Below, piece by piece: positions 57,630-64,000 of a DNA stretch of 64,000 nucleotides; position 1 is the first letter of the stretch, and every line of letters begins with the position of its first letter. Position numbers and translations under genes: made by a program. Origin of the DNA: Alphaproteobacteria bacterium. GTDB taxonomy: Bacteria > Pseudomonadota > Alphaproteobacteria > TMED109. Below the pieces are notes generated by a model. It was not told the origin of the DNA and ran no database searches. It worked only from the letters and a program-made list of their open reading frames with translations. The stretch spans positions 2,225,471-2,289,470 of the forward strand of contig OZ244896.1 of the NCBI GenBank assembly GCA_965221495.1, in the 5' to 3' direction.

Positions 57630-58074
57630 CCTTCGGGCGGCCCTCCTCGGCTGTGTTCTGGCGCTGGGCGTCGGGACTGCAACGGCCGCGGAGGAGCCTG
57701 TATTCACGGAACGCTTCTCGTCGGTCGCAATTCGAGGCACCGATCCGGTCGCCTACTTCCTGGAGGGGCGGCCGGTTGCCGGCAGCCGGGAGTTCACTGT
57801 TGACTGGCAGGGCGCGACCTGGCGCTTCAGCAGTCAGGAAAACCGCGACGCCTTCCGCGCCGAACCGGAGCGCTACGCGCCGCAGTACGGCGGGTATTGC
57901 GCCTGGGCAGTCGCGAACGGATACACGGCGTCGACCGATCCCGAAGCCTGGTCACTTGTCGATGGCAAGCTGTACCTGAACTACAGCCTGTCCGTCCGGG
58001 CGCGGTGGGCCGAGGATATTCCGGGGAACATCCAGCGCGGAGACGAGAACTGGCCCGGTGTTCTCGATCGATGA
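57622..58074 (+). CDS. YHS-domain-containing secreted protein
   Basis: Signal peptide, IRGTDPVAYF, F.S.ENRDAF...PERYAPQYGGYCAWAV and DGKLYLNYS. Confidence 0.75.
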   Translation: MSNLRAALLGCVLALGVGTATAAEEPVFTERFSSVAIRGTDPVAYFLEGRPVAGSREFTVDWQGATWRFSSQENRDAFRAEPERYAPQYGGYCAWAVANGYTASTDPEAWSLVDGKLYLNYSLSVRARWAEDIPGNIQRGDENWPGVLDR

Positions 58075-58817
58075 CCGAGCTGCGGTGGATCGGATTCCGG
58101 TGACCGTCCCTTCGGCTGCCTATTGAGCCGGGGTCATCGCGCAACCACGGATCGAATCATCACACCCGGCCGGTCGCGCGCTGGCCGGAATTCCACCTGG
58201 CAACGCCCCCCGCTCCGGCATCGGTCGGCAAATTCCCGCAGGGCTTGTCGTCCGGCAGCCACCTTTTCTGCAATCCAGTCGCGTTCTTTTCGCGCTAGAG
58301 CGGCTTTCGTGCGGGTTGAGCCATAGAGCCAGCGTGGCAGAAGAAATTAGCGCAGAGACATTAATTGATTGTCTGTTCAACAAAAACTGCACGAAATCCT
58401 CGCGCCGTTCCAAATAACCCCAAGCCTTCAAGCGACCGTTCGGAGAAGAGCTCAGAACAAATACTGCCTCCGGTCCGACGCGCTCACAAATCGTTTTCCT
58501 GTAGCGTCAAGGCTGAGAAATAGCCTCTTGGTTTGCCGACCGACAACATGTATTCCACCAGATCATGCAGCCAAGGCAAGACTCAAATTTCGCCGACCGC
58601 TTCCACGACCTCCTCAATGAACTGCCGGAAGGCGGCGTCAAAGATCTATTCCCGCAACCTCCGGCACGAGCCCGCTGGTTGTTGATAACTAGAACAGGTG
58701 TTCAGGGTTGCTCGAACATCACATACCGCACACTTGCGCCGAAGCGGCCACCACAGAAGGGCTTTCCGTGATGCAGCCAAATGCGGTAGGATCCTTCAAG
58801 ACAGGCGTCGACACGAG

Positions 58818-60386
58818 ATGAGCCATCCGAATAGAGAGTTCTGGCTTCATTTGTTGAAGCTGCCCGAACACGCCAAGAAACAGCGCCTGTGGAATGGATA
58901 CCTCGCTTGGAAACTCCCTGAGGAGACAAAACAAGAGCTTGGTATCGTGAACTGTCCGACACTCACCGAAGACGAAAAGCATCATATTGCAGGTATCGCC
59001 ACCGATAGTTCTGGCCTTCCCCGATATGAGCAAGGGGACCAAACCGTTCCATATATGAATTTCGCAGACGAGGAATTCAGCGCCGACTTCTCCTTTGCTG
59101 GACTGATCTTTGTCCAAGCCAACTTCAATGGTGCAACTTTCGATGCTTCTGAGACGTCTGACGGCATCAATTTCCAAAAAGCAACTTTCGTCGAGTCCGT
59201 AAATTTTAGCAGTGCGCAGTTTCTAGGTTCAACAGACTTCAACGAAGCGGTTTTCCGATGCCGAACCAGATTCGACGGCTCAAGGTTTCGAAACACGGTG
59301 TACTTCAATTGCGCGGCATTTTGTGGTGATGTGGTATTCAACAACTCGACTTTTGGGGGCGCAGCGTATTTTCAGGGCGCAAAATTTTCGTACACCGATA
59401 GATGCCTAGGAGAGCAATTGGTGCAATCGGGCGGTGTGGGATTTAAGTTTTGCAAATTTAGGTTGAGTGCTGATTTCAAGAAGGCGCGATTTGAGGCTAA
59501 CGCCTTTTTCGATCGCGCTAACTTCCGCGACTCCACATATTTCGTTGAGACAGTTTTCGCAAATCAGGCATCGTTTTTGGGCTCAAATTTCGCAGCCGAG
59601 GCGAGTTTTTCTGATTCGAGATTCAAGAACGCCGCGACCTTTCATGATGCCCATTTCCATGCAACAACGTCGTTCCGGAGGGCTCAATTCCATCGTCCGC
59701 CAGGATATTTCCAAACGCGTGTTCACGAGGATACGGATTTCAGCGAAGTGGATTGGAGCGAGGCGGAGCGCAGATACACCCTCATCCCTTCGATAGGAGA
59801 GCGCAAGTCAGAAGACCAAAATCAACTGGCATCGCGCCTTTACCCGGACACGCACCCTCCATTGACCTCAACCTTTATCGATAGAGATCGGGAAATCGAT
59901 CACGCCATCCGAGCTTGGGAACGTCTTGCAGTCATAATGAATGGGATTGGAAACCACGCTGAGGAGCACAAGTTTTTCCGATTCGCCATGCGTGCTCGAC
60001 GGTTTAGGAGCCAATCAAGGCTGTTTAAGCTGGCTAACTGGTTATTTGAGGTGTTGGCTGCGTATGGCTGGAGCGTTAGGCGATCGCTCGGATTCTGGTC
60101 TGCTGTTTGGCTTTTGCCGAGTTTGCTATTCGCATGTCGCGCTCATGCGTTGTCGGATGTTGGATGGTGGCCTCTTGTCCTGCAAAGCATGGCCGTCAGC
60201 TTCTCCAATGCTCACGCCTTCCTTGGGCTGGGCTCGCAAGGCGGATATTTGAGAGAAGCCAGGGAGGGCCTGTTGGATACGATTCCGTGTCTGCTCACAG
60301 TGACAGGCACCTTTCAGGCCGTTTTCGGTCCGATTCTGCTGTTCCTCCTGTTATTAACCTTACGGAACCGTTTTCGCATCCGCTGA
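58818..60386 (+). CDS. Pentapeptide-repeat protein with a C-terminal multi-pass membrane domain
   Basis: About 250 aa of A(D/N)(L/F)xx-type repeats (ANFNGATFDAS, ATFVESVNFSSAQFLGSTDFNEAVFRCRTRFDGSRFRNTVYFNCAAFCGDVVFNNSTFGGAAYFQGAKF ...). Three hydrophobic segments follow (WLFEVLAAYGW ... FWSAVWLLPSLLFA; WWPLVLQSMAVSF; LLTVTGTFQAVFGPILLFLLLLTL). Confidence 0.75.
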   Translation: MSHPNREFWLHLLKLPEHAKKQRLWNGYLAWKLPEETKQELGIVNCPTLTEDEKHHIAGIATDSSGLPRYEQGDQTVPYMNFADEEFSADFSFAGLIFVQANFNGATFDASETSDGINFQKATFVESVNFSSAQFLGSTDFNEAVFRCRTRFDGSRFRNTVYFNCAAFCGDVVFNNSTFGGAAYFQGAKFSYTDRCLGEQLVQSGGVGFKFCKFRLSADFKKARFEANAFFDRANFRDSTYFVETVFANQASFLGSNFAAEASFSDSRFKNAATFHDAHFHATTSFRRAQFHRPPGYFQTRVHEDTDFSEVDWSEAERRYTLIPSIGERKSEDQNQLASRLYPDTHPPLTSTFIDRDREIDHAIRAWERLAVIMNGIGNHAEEHKFFRFAMRARRFRSQSRLFKLANWLFEVLAAYGWSVRRSLGFWSAVWLLPSLLFACRAHALSDVGWWPLVLQSMAVSFSNAHAFLGLGSQGGYLREAREGLLDTIPCLLTVTGTFQAVFGPILLFLLLLTLRNRFRIR

Positions 60387-60960
60387 ATACGCTGGCAATT
60401 GCTAACCTTGCGGCGAAGCGGAGCCTTCGCCCCCTTAACCTCCCATCAAGAATATCCTTCAGCGTCCCGTGAGGCGGGTCCAACGCCGGGGCCATCAATG
60501 ATTTCGGGCGCGATGAACAGAGAGTTGCCGGGCGACCAGAGTTCGAGGCTTTCGGCATGTTCCTCGAAATAGTCCGGATAGGTCGTCACCCGGAATGTCT
60601 CATGCATGCCGGTTTGCAGAGTCACCGGGCACTCCACCGCACCGATCACCGCCGCATCCGCCAGACACTGCCCCTCAGGCCGCCGATCCGCAGCCCTGCG
60701 GCCCGGTTTAGGAAATCGGAATTTGATCCAAGCCAAGCGTCGAGAGGCGCACCGTGATCGAGGACTTCAAGGTGCCTACCGATTGAGACAGGTGATCCAC
60801 CGGTTTGGTAAACGGCCTGCACCCTGAGGTGCTCCCGTGTCGCGACATAGCCGAGGTTCGGTCGAGCCCTTGGTGCGATACCGACGTACAAACCGAGAAG
60901 GAAACCACGACAGAGGATATCGCGAACCGCCTACACGTTATGTCTCGCCTGAAGCCCTAC

Positions 60961-63900
60961 CTATGCACCACCTGCTAATTTCTCCAACTCCTGACGGAGC
61001 CCCGGGTCGAATGGCACCCCAACGGCGGCCTCCGCCGCTAGGGTGAGGCAAGCCGCAAACAGTTCGCCTTCAAGCTCGCTACCGAGCGCTTCCAAGACGG
61101 GTGGAGTGGTCGTTGCAGGCGCACGCAATCGAAAACGCTGCTTCTGAAGAATGCGGTTCCAGCGCGCCATTAGCCAAGGCTTAAGGCTCGGCAGCACGAA
61201 TGGTTTGAAGTCAGATTGAGCGATCCATGTCAACAGACGTATGCCTGCGAGCAAAATCAGATCCGGTGACGGAACCGCTCCCTTAACCAAACGTCCGAGA
61301 ATAATCGCTACTTCATTATCAAGATCAATACCACCAGGAGATCCAGCATCCCAACTGTCGAACAACGAGATCCCGGGATGGGACAGGCCCAATTCCTGCC
61401 TAAGAGCATCGCGCAACTGCTCAAGACCAACTGCACGTTCATCAAGCATCGATCGGATGCCGTAAGCAAGGATCGCGTTCCGAGCAAACTGGTCTGTAGC
61501 AGGATCGTACGGGCCATTGAGGGGCAAACTAGGAAAGATCACCCTCTCGGGATTAAGGACGCTGAATGATTGACGAATATTCGTCGAGTTTACAGAGCAA
61601 TAAGTTGCCGATTGCAAATATTTCAGCAGGTAGGACGAAAAACCAACAGCGTTTTGCTCAGAAATCATTGCACCAATAACGTAAGTTCGAAACCAATGTT
61701 CGGAATATGGGATATGACCTTGCGCACCAAATTTCTCGACAACTTCCCGAACACCCGTGTTGAAACCATTTACTAGTTCGATCTCTGCCAGCATGTACCA
61801 ACCGAAGTCAATGTGACCAAGAGGGTGCTGTTCAATCGCAGGCGCTGGCTCTGGGTTACTACATGCTCCGGGAAGAATTGTGATCGGCTTGCCTTCGATC
61901 TGGGGACACTCCCCCTCGACCATCGCCTTCAACCACAAGATCGCGTGTCTGACCAGTCGGTGACAGTGAGCCGCCTGCAAATTCGAATCAGCGCCAAACT
62001 TAGCTAGGCCCAGCATCGCATCTTTCATCAACACTATTGCTTCACGAAGGTTTCCTACCTGGAAGCTCGCCACGGCCGCGTCCGCGCGAAGTCCGACGTC
62101 TATTGCACCAAGATCAGCTGCATTGAGTGTCGTCGAGGCTGAGGCTCCGCGAAGAAACCATTGACGAGCTACCTCCCACTCTCCACATTCTGCCGCGCAA
62201 ACAGCTGCTTCACGTACCACGAACACGCCATCAACAGCGCCAAACTTCGACATTTGAGAGACGGCGTCACGGAAGCAGTCGAGAGCTTCCGAGCCCCGCC
62301 CAATACGCTGGTAAAGTTTCGCAAGCGCCCGCACCAGAACCGCTTCGCGACCAAACCTGCCTGCGGCGTTACCGAGAACATCAATCGCACGAGCTGAATC
62401 GTTGAGTTGCTCATGGAGAATCATTGCGACGGCCACATGGCACTGGATGCTCAGACTAGCCAAGTCCCACGACTCTGCTTGTTGACCCATCTTTGTGTAG
62501 CTTTCGATCGCAGCAGCTGCATCAAAGTCAGGTCGGCGAGCCCGCGACGTCCATGGATAGTGAACCAAAAGGAAATATTCTTGGGAATTAGTATTAATAG
62601 GAGTCAAAAGATCAGTCCGTTCGTCGTCATCCAGCCGAGACAAGTCGTCAAAAATAGTCTCGAGACGTTTCACACAGTCCAAACCAGCAATGCCGATGTT
62701 GAACATCACTGCTCCCAACGGAAACTGAGGATCAGGCATAGCAACTGTAGCTCGCTCTGAGTTTGCGAAGTGACGGAAACGAGACAGCAAACTCACCCAG
62801 TCGGAGAGATGACGCGCGACACCGAGATTGTTGAGAGAAACGCCGAGCGCCGCACCCTCGAAGTCCGCCCGATCTAAGTCATTAGGCATGGCATCTATCT
62901 CGGAAAACAGGGCACCTGCTACTCTATCGGCATCATCAGATTCCTCTCCCTTTATGAGTAGCTTCAACTGCATGAGGCGAAGCATTACAGAGGTAGGCAG
63001 GTTCGCCGGATAGATCGGCCTAGTTGAGTCAAGATAAGGAAAAATTACGACGTGCTTCGCTATGTATCTAAGCGTCTTTTCATCGGCTGAATTTATCGCC
63101 TTGGCTAGCTCTACAAGAACATCCTGTGACGCTCCGAAAAGGCCATGATGTAGGATGGGGTCGATATCGGACACACTAATCGTTTTGCGGGCGGTTAAGG
63201 CTGTTGCAAATTCGCGGTGGACTAGGCGCTGCCGTGTTGTCGTCAGCATGTTTTGCGCGACACCACGCATGAGAGGCGAGAGGCGATAGCGATCTGACTT
63301 TGTTGGCTCCAGCCAACGGTCCGCTAACTCATCGAAACATTCACCTGCACGCTCGATTGAGGGTTGGACTGTTCCAACTGCGACACCGAGAGATCGTTCG
63401 AATGGTGCAATGGCGAGACTCAATCGATAAAGGAGTTCTCGTGTCGGTTCAGAGAGGGTGTTTCTCAGTTTGTTTCTCGCCGCACGAAACTCATCTTCTA
63501 AGTCGGCATTAGTGAGTCCTCCTACGATTAGACGATCAATTTCGAAGTTTGGCCAGTCGCGTGCTGCCATGCCGGCAACAAAAACATAGGTCAATTGCGG
63601 ATGACCGCCTCCACAAGCCAGATGAGCAACGTGACCCCAAACGCTTGGGTCTCCGTTGTGATCTCTGATCAGCTCGTGGGTTTCTTCCAGAGTGAAGTGG
63701 GGTGATTTGACGATACTACTAGAATCGGTGGCGAGCGCGTTCAGAAGCGTTGCCGAGGGTCGGCGATTGCTTGTGACGATGATCCGCATATCGCGTCGTT
63801 TTGCACCTCCAACAACTTCGCCGAGCGAAGTTTGCACCGATGGTTCCGCTAGACAATTGATATCCTCCAACATGAGCGTCGCGGGGCCTAATTCAGCTAA

Positions 63901-64000
63901 AAGAATGAAGACCTGTTTGAGACGTTTCTGAGTTTCTGAGACGTCGGCATCCCGTAGGTCGACCCAGAAGCAAGGACCAGCAAAAGTGCCGGCGACGCAC
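60961..64000 (-). CDS. Large STAND/NB-ARC-like NTPase with a long alpha-helical (TPR-like) C-terminal region; N-terminus (Walker A and any effector domain) lies outside the window
   Basis: The reading frame stays open upstream of the listed ATG (63873) to the window edge (… FWVDLRDADVSETQKRLKQVFILLAELGPATLMLEDIN …). It has a Walker-B-like LMLEDI, RIIVTSNRR (sensor-like) and ACGGGHPQLTYVF (GLPL-like). More than 700 aa of helical repeats follow. Confidence 0.68.
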   Translation of the reverse strand, partial: CVAGTFAGPCFWVDLRDADVSETQKRLKQVFILLAELGPATLMLEDINCLAEPSVQTSLGEVVGGAKRRDMRIIVTSNRRPSATLLNALATDSSSIVKSPHFTLEETHELIRDHNGDPSVWGHVAHLACGGGHPQLTYVFVAGMAARDWPNFEIDRLIVGGLTNADLEDEFRAARNKLRNTLSEPTRELLYRLSLAIAPFERSLGVAVGTVQPSIERAGECFDELADRWLEPTKSDRYRLSPLMRGVAQNMLTTTRQRLVHREFATALTARKTISVSDIDPILHHGLFGASQDVLVELAKAINSADEKTLRYIAKHVVIFPYLDSTRPIYPANLPTSVMLRLMQLKLLIKGEESDDADRVAGALFSEIDAMPNDLDRADFEGAALGVSLNNLGVARHLSDWVSLLSRFRHFANSERATVAMPDPQFPLGAVMFNIGIAGLDCVKRLETIFDDLSRLDDDERTDLLTPINTNSQEYFLLVHYPWTSRARRPDFDAAAAIESYTKMGQQAESWDLASLSIQCHVAVAMILHEQLNDSARAIDVLGNAAGRFGREAVLVRALAKLYQRIGRGSEALDCFRDAVSQMSKFGAVDGVFVVREAAVCAAECGEWEVARQWFLRGASASTTLNAADLGAIDVGLRADAAVASFQVGNLREAIVLMKDAMLGLAKFGADSNLQAAHCHRLVRHAILWLKAMVEGECPQIEGKPITILPGACSNPEPAPAIEQHPLGHIDFGWYMLAEIELVNGFNTGVREVVEKFGAQGHIPYSEHWFRTYVIGAMISEQNAVGFSSYLLKYLQSATYCSVNSTNIRQSFSVLNPERVIFPSLPLNGPYDPATDQFARNAILAYGIRSMLDERAVGLEQLRDALRQELGLSHPGISLFDSWDAGSPGGIDLDNEVAIILGRLVKGAVPSPDLILLAGIRLLTWIAQSDFKPFVLPSLKPWLMARWNRILQKQRFRLRAPATTTPPVLEALGSELEGELFAACLTLAAEAAVGVPFDPGLRQELEKLAGGA

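Larger units (their letters stand above)
58300..64000. other. Low-GC putatively horizontally acquired island (right end beyond the window)
   Basis: Hand counts of single 60-nt lines give 47% (59041), 38% (61561) and 42% (63061), against 65% at 42481. The switch falls near 58.25-58.33 kb. No tRNA, integrase or terminal repeat is visible at the left edge. Confidence 0.6.

Noticed and set aside
60446-60736. A 96-aa minus-strand ORF (or a 53-aa version starting MHETFRVTTYPDYFEEHAE...) between the pentapeptide-repeat gene and the STAND gene.
   Set aside because: It has no motif I recognise and no clear SD. The surrounding 570 nt contains several broken overlapping ORFs, so a gene remnant is more likely. 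It is worth a blastx but is not supportable as a feature.
1-64000. CRISPR arrays, rRNA genes, intact IS elements or transposases, prophage genes, retron or DGR reverse transcriptases.
   Set aside because: Reading the sequence and the ORF translations showed no regularly spaced direct repeats, no rRNA-like segments and no transposase, integrase or RT motifs.

Overview
This window is high-GC (about 65% by hand count of sample lines) bacterial chromosome. The synteny looks alphaproteobacterial: murA, DUF2948, hisG, hisD, UPF0262, infA, maf, yacG, tRNA-Phe.

Contents from left to right:
1. A housekeeping block ending at tRNA-Phe, followed by a small vapBC islet.
2. A roughly 16-kb metal-homeostasis region. 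It holds zur, a ZrgABCD-like importer, a ZnuCBA-like importer, two COG0523 paralogs (one with a destroyed P-loop), a WD40 protein, a TAT-exported cyclase-family protein, and a porin/FMN-binding/PepSY operon. Several AT-rich palindromic operator candidates sit in its intergenic regions.
3. A tRNA-Thr(GGU) gene whose anticodon loop is interrupted by a 229-nt group I intron.
4. A periplasmic redox block: methyltransferase, SDR, a SorA-like molybdoenzyme, a 1164-aa cytochrome c/NapH-like/NosR fusion, and a PQQ dehydrogenase carrying the lanthanide-type DYDG Asp with XoxJ- and cytochrome c-like partners. A secreted DUF1194/HEAT pair lies next to it on the opposite strand.
5. A second housekeeping block: enoyl-CoA hydratase, tRNA-Met(CAU), rpoD, dnaG, yqeY, carAB, greA, trxB.
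6. A LysR regulator, a MopB molybdoenzyme plus msrP, a YdiJ-like FAD/FeS oxidase, and a set of secreted redox proteins (intradiol dioxygenase, DUF3179, cytochrome P460, YHS).
7. From about 58.3 kb to the window end, a much lower-GC island (38-47% in sampled lines). It carries a pentapeptide-repeat protein with a C-terminal membrane domain and a large NB-ARC/STAND-type NTPase with a helical-repeat tail. The NTPase gene runs off the window.

No CRISPR array, rRNA or intact transposase was seen. All functional calls rest on reading the translated ORFs and motifs by eye; no database search was run.
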